A DNA stretch of 64,000 nt from the NCBI GenBank assembly GCA_046709505.1, contig JBKEFM010000002.1, positions 4,230 to 68,229 of the forward strand. The letters run 5' to 3'. The notes under the pieces were generated by a model. That model was not told where the DNA came from. It worked only from the letters and a program-made list of their open reading frames with translations, and searched no databases. The position numbers and the translations under genes are program-made. Below, piece by piece: positions 34,497 to 44,490 of this stretch. Numbering within the stretch: position 1 is the first letter of the stretch; every line of letters begins with the position of its first letter. Source of the DNA: Paraglaciecola sp. GTDB lineage: Bacteria > Pseudomonadota > Gammaproteobacteria > Enterobacterales > Alteromonadaceae.

Positions 34497-35678
34497 CTAA
34501 GGAGCCGTTAGCATAATCTTAGGTTTGGCCACTTTAGGCTTAATCACCACAGCGGTGCGTAATTTATTTTTGCCAAAGGCCGACATGCTAAAAAAGTCCT
34601 CCCGGGCTATGGGTATATGTTGACAGTCCATTGCCTGGGGATGTAAATCATCGGGATCCGGATCATGCAGATACAGACAATCATCATCAATATGGGTCAC
34701 GGCCACCCAATGGGGTGTTTTTTTACCATCGAGCTGATAGGTACTGATTAAGCTAATAACTGCTCCACCCTGACTTATTAGACGCTGTAAATCCCCTAAA
34801 GGAGGGTCGGTGTAAATAATATCGATCCCCTGATCTTGAGCTTTTTGCACAAATTGCTCATCCACCGCTTGCATGATGTGTTTTTTATGTTCACTGCGCA
34901 CACCGTCAATAAATAGAGGCTCTTTACTGTTAACGTAAACACTCACGGCAAACCCTCGCTGATGAGCAGCCAATGCCAAACCTATTGGATGACAGCCACC
35001 GTGTCCCGAGGTCATAAAGATAGTGGTGGCCTGTCGCCAAATATCCAGTTCCAGGGATTGGGACATTTTGATATCACTATTTAAACCAGCCATAGCCATC
35101 ATCAATGATGAAGGGCCACAAGTAAATTCCGTCGTCTGCTGATACCAGGGATAAGGAGGCAACAGGCGCAAAGATAAGCTCTGGCGGATAGGTTTTTGCA
35201 TGCGCAAGGCATCAATAGTCCCCTGATAATAATTCGCATAAGTACCAAAAGTACGGTAACCCAGAGATTGATATAGATGCACAGCCGCCTGGTTGTTGCT
35301 GGCCACTTCCAGGCGTATAAATAATTTATCCTGCGCTAAAGTCTGTTGCTCAAGGGCAACCAGTAATTTTCGTCCTATTCCCAATCCACGAGCATCATCA
35401 CTGACAGCGATAGAGTAAAGTCTGGCCAAGCGTGTACCCTTACGCATTATTACCAGCCCATAAGCCAGTAATTTGCCACCCTGGGTGGCAACCAAAAACA
35501 CCCGGTGAGAAGCACTGGCTTTAAGCCAGTGCTTAAATCGTCGCTGACTTAAGCGGTCAGATTCAAAACTGGCATTTTCCAATATCACTAATTGGGCCAG
35601 GTCACTGGCTTTAGCCCGACGCAGCGCCAGCGCATCTATCTCAGTGTAGGGAATGCCAACTTCTGGCTCGCCATGCAT
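34497..35678 (-). CDS. GNAT acetyltransferase fused to a peptidase C39-like (DUF3335) domain
   Basis: GNAT motif A (ARGLGIG) and NQAAVHLYQSLGY; papain-like QTTEFTCG...PHWV...LHDPD triad. Confidence 0.88.
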   Translation of the reverse strand: MHGEPEVGIPYTEIDALALRRAKASDLAQLVILENASFESDRLSQRRFKHWLKASASHRVFLVATQGGKLLAYGLVIMRKGTRLARLYSIAVSDDARGLGIGRKLLVALEQQTLAQDKLFIRLEVASNNQAAVHLYQSLGYRTFGTYANYYQGTIDALRMQKPIRQSLSLRLLPPYPWYQQTTEFTCGPSSLMMAMAGLNSDIKMSQSLELDIWRQATTIFMTSGHGGCHPIGLALAAHQRGFAVSVYVNSKEPLFIDGVRSEHKKHIMQAVDEQFVQKAQDQGIDIIYTDPPLGDLQRLISQGGAVISLISTYQLDGKKTPHWVAVTHIDDDCLYLHDPDPDDLHPQAMDCQHIPIAREDFFSMSAFGKNKLRTAVVIKPKVAKPKIMLTAP

Positions 35679-35679
35679 G

Positions 35680-37146
35680 TTATTTGCCTCTTAGCTCTAA
35701 GCGATTGGCGAACTCTTGCATGATCACCATGTATAGTTCTTTGCCTAAATACAGGTCTTCGACTTTAGATTCAATACTAGGGTTGTCATTGACTTCAATC
35801 ACATATACCTGATTATTAACCTGTTTAATATCAACACCATATAGACCTTCCCCCACTATAGCGCTGGCTTTGACAGCCGCGTCTAACACCGGCTTGGGAA
35901 CTTCAAAGGTTGGCAAAGTTTCAAAATTACCGGAAAAATGTTTCTTCGAGCTATGGTTATAAATCTGCCAGTGGTTACGCGCCATAAAATAACGGCACGC
36001 ATATATTGCCCTGCCGTTAAGTACACCTATGCGCCAGTCATATTCGGTATAAACATATTCCTGCACCAACACCAGCGCTGACTGTTGCAACATATCTGCC
36101 AGTTTAAGTTTTAATTCGAGCAGGTTTTCAACTTTAAATACGCCAATTGAAAACGAACTTTCCGGTAATTTCAGCACCATCGGGTAATCAAATTCTGTTT
36201 CTAACCGTTCACAGGTTGCTATGCTGGCATTGGAGACAAACTGGCTTTTTGGCGAGGGCACCTTGTTGTAACTAAATGCATCATGCAGAAATACCTTATT
36301 ACAACAGCGCAAAATAGAAGTGGCATCATCAATCACTTCCAGGCCTTCTTGTTCGCCCTTGCGGGCAAGTTGATAAGTATGGTGGTTAATGGCTGTTGTT
36401 TCGCGAATAAATAGCGCATCAAACTGACTGATCATTGGCCCTTGTTTGGCCGTAATCACCTCGGCGTTGATACCCACTTGCTCTGCTGCCTTGACGAAAT
36501 TTTGAATGGCTTTATTATCGCTCGGTGCGGTTTTTTCGTCAGGATTAACCAAAATAGCCATGTCCCAGCGAAAACGTTTTTTGTTACTGCGACTGCGCCA
36601 GTATTTCTGGGTAAAGTGCTCAAGCCGCTCCGCAAAAAGCGGCCACAACGCGGGATCAATCTCTCGTACGCCTAATGCCACCGGCTGTACGCTCACACCT
36701 TTTTCATCCTTACCAAAGGTCAATTTTAAGATAGGAGCGGGGAAGCGTTCAAATATATGTTTGGCAATACGTTTATATTTTTCGTCTTCTGTCCACCCAA
36801 AAAACACCAGTATTTCTGTGGGTAAATCATCTCCCAGATGGGTATAAAAATCGCCGCTCATGTATTTAGGCAAATGGGTGATCACATCATTTTGATCCGT
36901 TAATGCTGCACTGAGATCATTGATGGTATTAACACTGGGTAACACCTTGTGTTGGCGGGCTTCTGCCAACAAGGAACAATAGTAACCCTGGCTTAAGTAT
37001 TTATCGGTGTCACACAGGTTGATGATGCGGGTTTTTGGCTCACCGACCTTGGGATAATCTGCCAGGTACTGGTCAAAATCAATGACGGTGGCTTGTAATT
37101 CAGGAAAGCCATCTGTTTCATCTACCACAACAATAGTTTTAAACAT
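35680..37146 (-). CDS. RimK-family ATP-grasp ligase with N-terminal RLAN domain
   Basis: INLCD...YLSQGYYCSLLAEAR (RLAN); DALFIRETT, CCNK, QEYVYTEYDWR, GVDIK and IEVNDNP. Start placed at MFKT. Confidence 0.9.
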   Translation of the reverse strand: MFKTIVVVDETDGFPELQATVIDFDQYLADYPKVGEPKTRIINLCDTDKYLSQGYYCSLLAEARQHKVLPSVNTINDLSAALTDQNDVITHLPKYMSGDFYTHLGDDLPTEILVFFGWTEDEKYKRIAKHIFERFPAPILKLTFGKDEKGVSVQPVALGVREIDPALWPLFAERLEHFTQKYWRSRSNKKRFRWDMAILVNPDEKTAPSDNKAIQNFVKAAEQVGINAEVITAKQGPMISQFDALFIRETTAINHHTYQLARKGEQEGLEVIDDATSILRCCNKVFLHDAFSYNKVPSPKSQFVSNASIATCERLETEFDYPMVLKLPESSFSIGVFKVENLLELKLKLADMLQQSALVLVQEYVYTEYDWRIGVLNGRAIYACRYFMARNHWQIYNHSSKKHFSGNFETLPTFEVPKPVLDAAVKASAIVGEGLYGVDIKQVNNQVYVIEVNDNPSIESKVEDLYLGKELYMVIMQEFANRLELRGK

Positions 37147-37506
37147 TCTATACACACTCCACGAGTAAAAGGACTTGGCAACCTGGCCACTTTGCATTAT
37201 GCAATAAGCCACCCCAAGCCAAGTAAAATTAACAAATTAATCAATAACTTATGCTTGCCACATCAAAAGGAAGGGTTTGGGCATATAAATTACTGCGGAA
37301 TATAGGCTTTAACCAGTTTTTATCAAGATTTTTTAACGCTATTTGGTAATTAATTTATGCCCTTGGAATAGGTGTAGCGAATGCCTGTTTTCTCTATTGA
37401 CATGCACAAAAAATAAGCGTAAAAATTCATCAATTGCACAATCAGTGCGGTGCAAGATAATGTTGTTAATATACCAAATTGCCAATGTGAAATCCCCGAG
37501 GAATAC

Positions 37507-37728
37507 ATGAAATTTATACTAGGATTGTTGTTATCACTAACACTATTTGCTGCTGTAGCAGACGAAGGTGAGCTTGCCGATGCGGCGCTAATTGAAGAAC
37601 TAAACCAGTATTGCGCAGAAGTCTCAGCTGAAGATGGAACAGGAACCAAAAGCCAGGAACAATTTATGCTCGATTGCGTGAATGAAGAATTAGCCAACGA
37701 AGGTTATCAGACTCTGGAAAAGCTGTAA
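37507..37728 (+). CDS. Small secreted acidic protein with two Cys
   Basis: GAGG RBS, signal peptide MKFILGLLLSLTLFAAVA, Glu/Asp-rich mature part, downstream hairpin. Confidence 0.75.
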   Translation: MKFILGLLLSLTLFAAVADEGELADAALIEELNQYCAEVSAEDGTGTKSQEQFMLDCVNEELANEGYQTLEKL

Positions 37729-37750
37729 CTTTTGCAATCCAGGTATTACC

Positions 37751-37774
37751 CAGCCACATATCTTTATGTGGCTG
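37751..37774. terminator. Hairpin / likely terminator between convergent genes
   Basis: cagccacata-tctt-tatgtggctg. Confidence 0.6.
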
Positions 37775-37786
37775 CTTTAATAAGTA

Positions 37787-38869
37787 TTAGATTTCCTTTG
37801 ATGACAACGCCGTTAACATAGTTAAAAACCCGGCCACCGAAGCCAGGGGTGCCGATTCCTGCATAGTGTGATACCCCGATGACGGAATTTGCAAAGTGGT
37901 ACCGTCAACCAAACCATTTGAAGCGGCGATAATACGCCCTAATTCCGTCGCACCTAATGAATTAACTGCCTCGCCTTTACTGAGCAGGATCGCGTTTTGT
38001 GCTTCCACATAACTGTCTTTGAATTGATAACTTAACTCAAGTTTTTGGCACAGCGACACTAATCGCTCCGTCAAGGGTATATTAAAACTGGCGTTGGCAT
38101 CCTTACGACGCAGAACCAGTTGTTGTTGCCCTGCCGTGGACAAGTCAGGATAAGGACTGGTATCCACAACCACAAGCTGGTTGGTTGAACCACCGAAACG
38201 CCTGAACCATTCAAGTAAATAGTGCCAGCTCTTACCCGATTCTTCCTGGGCAGTAAAAAAGGCCGTGCCCTGAAACCCCTGTTCAAATAAGTGTACCAGG
38301 GCAGCGGTGCTGAGAATATTGTCCAGTTGGCCCACCAAAGCCTGTTGAGTAACTTTCAGTTTATCGTTAAAGGCTACCGGTGTCCCCGCTACTACATGCT
38401 CCAAACCATCCACGGTAAAGATAAGGTTATTCCGATATTCGCACACATAGGCTCCTTTGATAACGCCCCGACCACGGTATGCCCCAGACCAGGGTTCGTA
38501 TGCATATACCAGCTCATCATCGAAACGGTCGACAATTTTTTGCATTAAACTTTCACTGACCGAGTTTCCCAGTAAATCAGAGCGAGCCCCTGCAACAAAA
38601 GCCGCATACTGAAATTCATTCGGACCGGTACACATCAAACCGTGGCGGTCAATATGCGCCGAAAACATCATACTGTCCGGCTTATTGCCCTGGGCAACGA
38701 GCAGGCCTTCGTACCAGGTAACCTTAGCCCCTCTCTCTTCCAGCTCCCGTTGCAATACCCTAAAAAATGAGTGTTCTGCTCCCACAACACTAGGATTACG
38801 CATCAAGGTACTGAGCAATTCGATAAAAGACGGGGGTAAATGCGGGGCCAAAGCTGTATTCCTATCCAT
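37787..38869 (-). CDS. M42/M20-clan metallopeptidase
   Basis: Metal-ligand pattern AHIDR, QLDN, QEE, VVDT and GYHT. Confidence 0.82.
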   Translation of the reverse strand: MDRNTALAPHLPPSFIELLSTLMRNPSVVGAEHSFFRVLQRELEERGAKVTWYEGLLVAQGNKPDSMMFSAHIDRHGLMCTGPNEFQYAAFVAGARSDLLGNSVSESLMQKIVDRFDDELVYAYEPWSGAYRGRGVIKGAYVCEYRNNLIFTVDGLEHVVAGTPVAFNDKLKVTQQALVGQLDNILSTAALVHLFEQGFQGTAFFTAQEESGKSWHYLLEWFRRFGGSTNQLVVVDTSPYPDLSTAGQQQLVLRRKDANASFNIPLTERLVSLCQKLELSYQFKDSYVEAQNAILLSKGEAVNSLGATELGRIIAASNGLVDGTTLQIPSSGYHTMQESAPLASVAGFLTMLTALSSKEI

Positions 38870-38956
38870 AGGGTAATAACCTGAAATAATGCATGTTTAA
38901 AATGTGACAGAAATCATAACGTCGGGTTTGACGTACTGATAACCTGCCCGCTAATG

Positions 38957-39859
38957 TTATTTATCTGTCACCCAATCCATCTGGAAACCGGCACGGCGCT
39001 TTTTATCCAGCAGTTCTTCCAGCAAAGGTGTCAGGATCAGCTCCATAGCTAACCCCATTTTCCCACCGGGCACCACTATAGTGTTAATGCGTGACATAAA
39101 GGCCCCTTCTATCATCTGTAACAAATAAGGATAGTTAACTGTTTTCATTTCACGGCGAAAGCGCACTACCACAAAACTTTCATCCTGACTGGGAATTTCA
39201 CGTGCACTAAAGGGATTGGATGTATCCACAGTTGGCACCCGCTGGAAGTTAACATGGGTCCTGGAAAATTGTGGCGTAATGTACTGAAAATAATCATCCA
39301 GACTGCGCACTATACTGCTCATCACAGCCTCCCGGGAATGCCCCCTGTCTGTGGTATCTCGAACAATTTTCTGGATCCACTCCAGATTAACGATAGGCAC
39401 CATGCCTACCAGCAGGTCCACATGTTTAGCCACGTCAGCTTCTTCGGTGGCCACACCACCATGCAAACCTTCATAAAATAAAACATCTGTGTTGCCGGGT
39501 AAATCTTGCCAGGGAGTAAAGGTACCGGGCATCTGGTTAAAGGGCACGGCCTCATCAAAGCTGTGTAGATATTGGCGATGTTGGCCTCTCCCTGTTTGGG
39601 CATATTCTCTAAATAACTGTTCGAGCATCACAAAATCATTGGCTTTGGGGCCAAAATAGCTGATATGACGGCCCTGTTCCTGAGCTTTGCGAATTTCCAC
39701 TTCCATTTCCGGGCGCGTAAAACGATGAAAACTGTCACCCGCCACCACAGCTGCATTCACCGACAAATTCCTGAAAATATGACGAATAGCATTAGTAGTT
39801 GATGTTGTACCGGCACCGGATGAACCGGTGATGGCAATAATTGGGTGTTTTACAGACAT
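38957..39859 (-). CDS. prkB: Phosphoribulokinase-family protein PrkB
   Basis: ITGSSGAGT, FYEGLHG, VNLEWIQK and FQRVPTVDTSNPF. Start placed at MSVKHP. Confidence 0.92.
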   Translation of the reverse strand: MSVKHPIIAITGSSGAGTTSTTNAIRHIFRNLSVNAAVVAGDSFHRFTRPEMEVEIRKAQEQGRHISYFGPKANDFVMLEQLFREYAQTGRGQHRQYLHSFDEAVPFNQMPGTFTPWQDLPGNTDVLFYEGLHGGVATEEADVAKHVDLLVGMVPIVNLEWIQKIVRDTTDRGHSREAVMSSIVRSLDDYFQYITPQFSRTHVNFQRVPTVDTSNPFSAREIPSQDESFVVVRFRREMKTVNYPYLLQMIEGAFMSRINTIVVPGGKMGLAMELILTPLLEELLDKKRRAGFQMDWVTDK

Positions 39860-40070
39860 GCCGACTTCTTTGCGGTAAAAACGAAGACCATTTATAAGCA
39901 AGCCCCCTTCTCTGGTCAAGCCCAATTAGCATTTACTTATACCTAAAGGGTTCAAGGGGGTTAAAACGACAAACTTTGTAACAAACCAGCCACTATGAAC
40001 TGTAGTGTAAGCTTTGGAATTGCCAAGCTTTCACTTATAGTAAATTGAAAAGTGACTTAGGAAGACTCTT

Positions 40071-40796
40071 ATGGGACAAGAAACAACAAAAATATTGGTT
40101 GTCGATGACGATATGCGTTTGCGCAGCTTGCTGGAGCGTTATCTGGTGGAACAAGGTTATCAGGTGCGCGTTGCAGCAAATTCGGAACAAATGGACAGAT
40201 TACTTGAACGTGAAAATTTCCATTTAATGGTGCTTGATCTTATGCTGCCAGGGGAAGATGGTTTGTCTATATGCCGGCGCTTACGCCAGAAAGAGAATCA
40301 AATTCCAATCATTATGTTAACGGCCAAAGGTGATGAAGTTGACCGTATTATAGGGCTTGAGATGGGTGCCGATGATTATTTACCTAAACCCTTTAATCCT
40401 CGGGAGTTATTGGCACGTGCCAAAGCGGTACTGAGGCGAAAGACAATTGAAGCGCCCGGCGCACCCTCCCAGGCGGAACAAATAGTTGAATTTGGTAAAT
40501 TTAAATTAAATCTTGGTACCAGAGAAATGACAGCAGACAGTGTACCTATGACCCTGACCAGCGGCGAATTTGCGGTATTAAAATCTCTGGTCACCCATCC
40601 CCGGGCACCATTGTCCAGAGATAAACTGATGAACCTGGCCCGCGGCCGTGATTACAGTGCGCTGGAGCGCAGTATCGACGTACAAGTGTCCCGCTTGCGC
40701 CGCTTGCTAGAAGAAGACCCTGCCAATCCTCGTTATATTCAAACAGTCTGGGGCCTGGGGTATGTGTTTGTACCAGACGGTGAAGGCGCAGGTTAG
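40071..40796 (+). CDS. ompR: Response regulator OmpR
   Basis: KILVVDDDMRLR, LDLMLPGEDG and RYIQTVWGLGY. Confidence 0.96.
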   Translation: MGQETTKILVVDDDMRLRSLLERYLVEQGYQVRVAANSEQMDRLLERENFHLMVLDLMLPGEDGLSICRRLRQKENQIPIIMLTAKGDEVDRIIGLEMGADDYLPKPFNPRELLARAKAVLRRKTIEAPGAPSQAEQIVEFGKFKLNLGTREMTADSVPMTLTSGEFAVLKSLVTHPRAPLSRDKLMNLARGRDYSALERSIDVQVSRLRRLLEEDPANPRYIQTVWGLGYVFVPDGEGAG

Positions 40797-40805
40797 CAGT
40801 ATATT

Positions 40806-42104
40806 GTGAAGTTCCTTCCCAAAAGCGCATTTGGTCAAACTGTACTGCTGATTGGTCTGTTATTATTGATCAATCAGGTTGTGTCCTATCTATCTGTTAC
40901 CTACTATTTTATTCGTCCGAGTTATCAACAGATCAACAGCTTATTGGCCAGCCAAATCAACCTGATTTTTTTGGATGAACTCGATCACACCGATCCAAAA
41001 TTAAACCAGCGGCTTTTTCAGGCCACGGGCATCAAAATACTCGACACGGACCAGGCAAAACAAAAAGGTGTCGAACAAGCCAAGTTTTATCCTTATTTAT
41101 CCCGGCAAATGTCCAACAAATTACAAGGTGAAGCTGAGGTGCGTATTACACCGGGCAACCCCTACCTAGTGTGGGTTAAACCGCCCCAGGATCCCAAAAT
41201 CTGGATAACCATCCCGATGTTAGGACGAGGCGAAGCGGATATCTCGCCACTCACTATCTATTTATTGGTCATTGGCATCCTCAGCGTCGCCGGTGGCTGG
41301 ATATTTGTCAGGCGTTTAAATAAACCCCTGCAAGCCCTGCAAAACGCGGCCATCGAGGTAGGGCGGGGCAATGTGCCACCACCTTTAAAAGAGGAGGGCT
41401 CCAGCGAATTGATGGCGGTTACCCAGGCATTCAACCAGATGGCAAAGGGTATCAAACAATTAGAGGATGACAGGGCCTTGCTCACAGCCGGTATTTCTCA
41501 CGATTTACGCACCCCTTTGACGCGCATTCGCTTAGCCACAGAAATGTTACCAGACGGCCAGGATTGGATAAAAGATGGCATAGTGCACGACATCCAGGAC
41601 ATGAACGAGATAATCGATCAGTTTATTAATTATGTTCGCCAGGATCAGCAAGAACCTCTGGAAAAAACAGATATCAACGATTTAATTAGAGATGCGGTGC
41701 AAGCCCGTAACATAGAAGAACACCACAATATCAAGCTAACCTTACAACCTATCCCGGCCACCTGGATCCGCCGGGTAGCGCTAAAACGCGTATTGGATAA
41801 CTTGTTGGAAAATGCTTTTCGTTACGGCAGTGACGATATAGTGGTTCATTCAGGTTATGACAAAATTCACAAACAGGTGTTTTTCTCAATCCGCGACTTT
41901 GGCCCGGGGATTGAGGAACAACACATTGAAACCTTGTTTCACCCCTTTACCCAAGGTGACAAGGCACGGGGCAGTCTGGGCTCAGGCTTAGGTCTGGCGA
42001 TCATCAAGCGCATAGTAGACATGCATGCTGGCAAAGTGGTATTAAAAAACCACCCTAAGGGTGGTTTAATCGCCAGCGTCTATATCGCCCATAAACCCCA
42101 TTAA
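40806..42104 (+). CDS. envZ: Sensor histidine kinase EnvZ
   Basis: Two TM helices, HAMP domain, [14 protein letters not shown] and G boxes; follows ompR. Confidence 0.94.
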   Translation: MKFLPKSAFGQTVLLIGLLLLINQVVSYLSVTYYFIRPSYQQINSLLASQINLIFLDELDHTDPKLNQRLFQATGIKILDTDQAKQKGVEQAKFYPYLSRQMSNKLQGEAEVRITPGNPYLVWVKPPQDPKIWITIPMLGRGEADISPLTIYLLVIGILSVAGGWIFVRRLNKPLQALQNAAIEVGRGNVPPPLKEEGSSELMAVTQAFNQMAKGIKQLEDDRALLTAGISHDLRTPLTRIRLATEMLPDGQDWIKDGIVHDIQDMNEIIDQFINYVRQDQQEPLEKTDINDLIRDAVQARNIEEHHNIKLTLQPIPATWIRRVALKRVLDNLLENAFRYGSDDIVVHSGYDKIHKQVFFSIRDFGPGIEEQHIETLFHPFTQGDKARGSLGSGLGLAIIKRIVDMHAGKVVLKNHPKGGLIASVYIAHKPH

Positions 42105-42112
42105 TACCTGAC

Positions 42113-43003
42113 TTACTGAGTCGTGCCGGGCTCGCTGGTAAAGGTTCCTTTGTGGATAGCTTCTACGTCTATGCTGTCGAATCTGTGTTCGGTATGGCAA
42201 TACTGACAGTTCATCTTGATTGCCCCTTCCTCGGCTAAGATATCCAATAATTCTTGTTTACTCACCGCGGCGATAGCATTGGCGCTGCGCTCACGACTGC
42301 AGCTGCATTGAAATGCAACGGCGGTGGGGGGGAAAACTTCCACGTCTTCCTGATGATATAAACGATATAAAATATCCTCTACCTCCAAAGTGAATAACTC
42401 CTCATCCTTGATGGTTTCGGTCAGTTTAGCCAGGTGTTCAAAATTGGTATCAGCTGTCACTGTGGCGGCGCTGCTAGTGGGTAGCACTTGCAAAAACATG
42501 CCACAGGCTTTGGCCCCGGAGGCAGGTTGCTGGGAACGTAAAATAACTTTGGTGGTCAGTTGTTCAGACTGTTGGAAGTAACATTCGATACACTGGGCAA
42601 GTGAGTCCTGATCCAGCGCCACCATCCCTTGATAGCGTTTACCTTCAGTGGGCGTAATAGTGATCACTAGTATGCCTTTTTCAAACAGGCTGGGGAAGTC
42701 ATCAGGTAATTCCTGGCTCTCATCCCAACGGGCTACACCTCTTAATTTCTGATCATGAGTGCCATTGATCACAGCATATTTCACCGGCCCTGAACTTTGC
42801 AGTTGCAGGGCTATTTCACCTTCAAACTTCAAGGTCGCACTTAGTAAGCTGGCGGCCGCCATCAATTCTCCTAACAGACGTTGCAATACGGGAGGATAGT
42901 GATAAGAATGCAGAATAGCCTGGTAGCTCTGATCCAGACGAACCAGTTCACCACGGACATGGCTTTGATTAAAAATATAACGGTGAAGTTGATCAAATGG
43001 CAT
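42113..43003 (-). CDS. hslO: Hsp33 redox-regulated chaperone
   Basis: C-terminal CSCS...CQYC zinc motif and YFQQSEQ. Confidence 0.95.
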   Translation of the reverse strand: MPFDQLHRYIFNQSHVRGELVRLDQSYQAILHSYHYPPVLQRLLGELMAAASLLSATLKFEGEIALQLQSSGPVKYAVINGTHDQKLRGVARWDESQELPDDFPSLFEKGILVITITPTEGKRYQGMVALDQDSLAQCIECYFQQSEQLTTKVILRSQQPASGAKACGMFLQVLPTSSAATVTADTNFEHLAKLTETIKDEELFTLEVEDILYRLYHQEDVEVFPPTAVAFQCSCSRERSANAIAAVSKQELLDILAEEGAIKMNCQYCHTEHRFDSIDVEAIHKGTFTSEPGTTQ

Positions 43004-43031
43004 AATAAATTCTCGTTGCTATAAGTAATAC

Positions 43032-43436
43032 TTACTGCTGTTTTAATTGGATAATTTGGCGCCGATGCTTTTTATCAGGACGATGGTCAGGTTTAGGGCT
43101 GGACAAGGCCCCTGACTTGCGGGACTGGGCGTTTAATTGCCGTTGGGCGATACTTTGTTCACTCTCCTGGTACAACAATTGTGCTTGTTCTGCACCGCGG
43201 CGCTGAACCGCTAATGCTAGCACTTTTATTTCTTTTACGTCGTGCCCTTGTGGAACTTTTACCTGTGCTCCCGGCTCTACTGCTTTGCTCGGTTTACTTC
43301 GTTGTCCATTGTATTGCACTTTACCAGATTGCACGGCATGTCTGGCCAGGGCACGGGTTTTATAAAAACGCGCAGCCCATAACCATTTGTCCAGGCGAAC
43401 GCTTTGTTCTGCAACAGGATTTTTAGAATTTTGCAT
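43032..43436 (-). CDS. hslR: Heat shock protein Hsp15
   Basis: RLDKWLWAARFYKTR S4 domain and RPDKK. Confidence 0.95.
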   Translation of the reverse strand: MQNSKNPVAEQSVRLDKWLWAARFYKTRALARHAVQSGKVQYNGQRSKPSKAVEPGAQVKVPQGHDVKEIKVLALAVQRRGAEQAQLLYQESEQSIAQRQLNAQSRKSGALSSPKPDHRPDKKHRRQIIQLKQQ

Positions 43437-43513
43437 AATAATATTGACCAATTAGTAATATTTTTGTAACGAGTGTTGAATAGAGTTGTTACCCCTGTTC
43501 CGACTCGCTATCA

Positions 43514-44488
43514 TTGGTGAAAGTTAAATTGATGCCCAGCCCTGAGAAAATGACAGTCACACATTACAACTTAAATCATATATGGCCCTATTTACTTAAA
43601 TATCAACAGCAAATAAACCGGCTGATTGTTGCTTTGCTCAGCATGTTTTTGTTGGCGTATGCGGCACAGATCACTTGGCGCCTAGTACCCCATTCGGTGA
43701 TGCCTGATAATGCCATGACTGTGGCAACCACTCGCGCCAGCCTAGACACAGGTGTCAAACAAACTAACTTGGCAGCTATCAAGCGTTTAAATTTATTTGG
43801 CGATTTAAATGCCCAGCCAGTGGCACAAAGTAAAGTCACTGATGCACCACAAACCAGACTAAACCTTACTTTAACCGGAGTAGTCACCAGTTCAGTACAA
43901 GGTAAAGGGGGAGCTATTATCGAAAATCAAGGTAATCAGGAAACCTATGGTCTGGGGGAGAAAATTTTGGGTACCAATGCCACCTTACAAGAAATGTATA
44001 CCGATAGGGTCATTATTCGTAACAATAGCGCCAATGAGACTCTTATGCTCGATGGTCTGGATTACCAAAAAATCCAGTCAAAAAATCAACCCATACCTTC
44101 CCCCGCAACAACACAGCCCACATCCCCGTCACGATCCACACAACGTCATGTCACACTGTCAGATGAGGCGTTAGATGCTACCCGCTCCTTACAACAACGA
44201 CCGGCTAGTTTTACAGATTTTATCGCTGTATCCCCTCACCGACCCGATGGCGAACTAAAGGGGTATAAGGTTAGTCCGGGCAGTAAACCCGAATTATTTA
44301 ACGCCGCGGGCTTACAAACAGATGATATCATCACCGAAATAAACGGTTTGGATTTGACCGATATGCAGCAGTCGGTCGAGGCTATGGGTGAATTGCGCCA
44401 GGCACAATCCTTACAAATAACAGTAAATCGTGGCAATGAATTACTGACACTTTATTTAGACTTGCCCGAAGCGGAACAGGAATTGTAA
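43514..44488 (+). CDS. gspC: Type II secretion protein GspC
   Basis: TM anchor, APQTRLNLTLTGV (HR domain) and C-terminal PDZ. Exact start is uncertain. Confidence 0.92.
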   Translation: MVKVKLMPSPEKMTVTHYNLNHIWPYLLKYQQQINRLIVALLSMFLLAYAAQITWRLVPHSVMPDNAMTVATTRASLDTGVKQTNLAAIKRLNLFGDLNAQPVAQSKVTDAPQTRLNLTLTGVVTSSVQGKGGAIIENQGNQETYGLGEKILGTNATLQEMYTDRVIIRNNSANETLMLDGLDYQKIQSKNQPIPSPATTQPTSPSRSTQRHVTLSDEALDATRSLQQRPASFTDFIAVSPHRPDGELKGYKVSPGSKPELFNAAGLQTDDIITEINGLDLTDMQQSVEAMGELRQAQSLQITVNRGNELLTLYLDLPEAEQEL

Positions 44489-44490
44489 CC

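Noticed and set aside
38957-39859. prkB plus fbp as evidence of a Calvin cycle
   Set aside because: PrkB-like genes occur in heterotrophic gammaproteobacteria; no RuBisCO or cbb cluster is present in the window.
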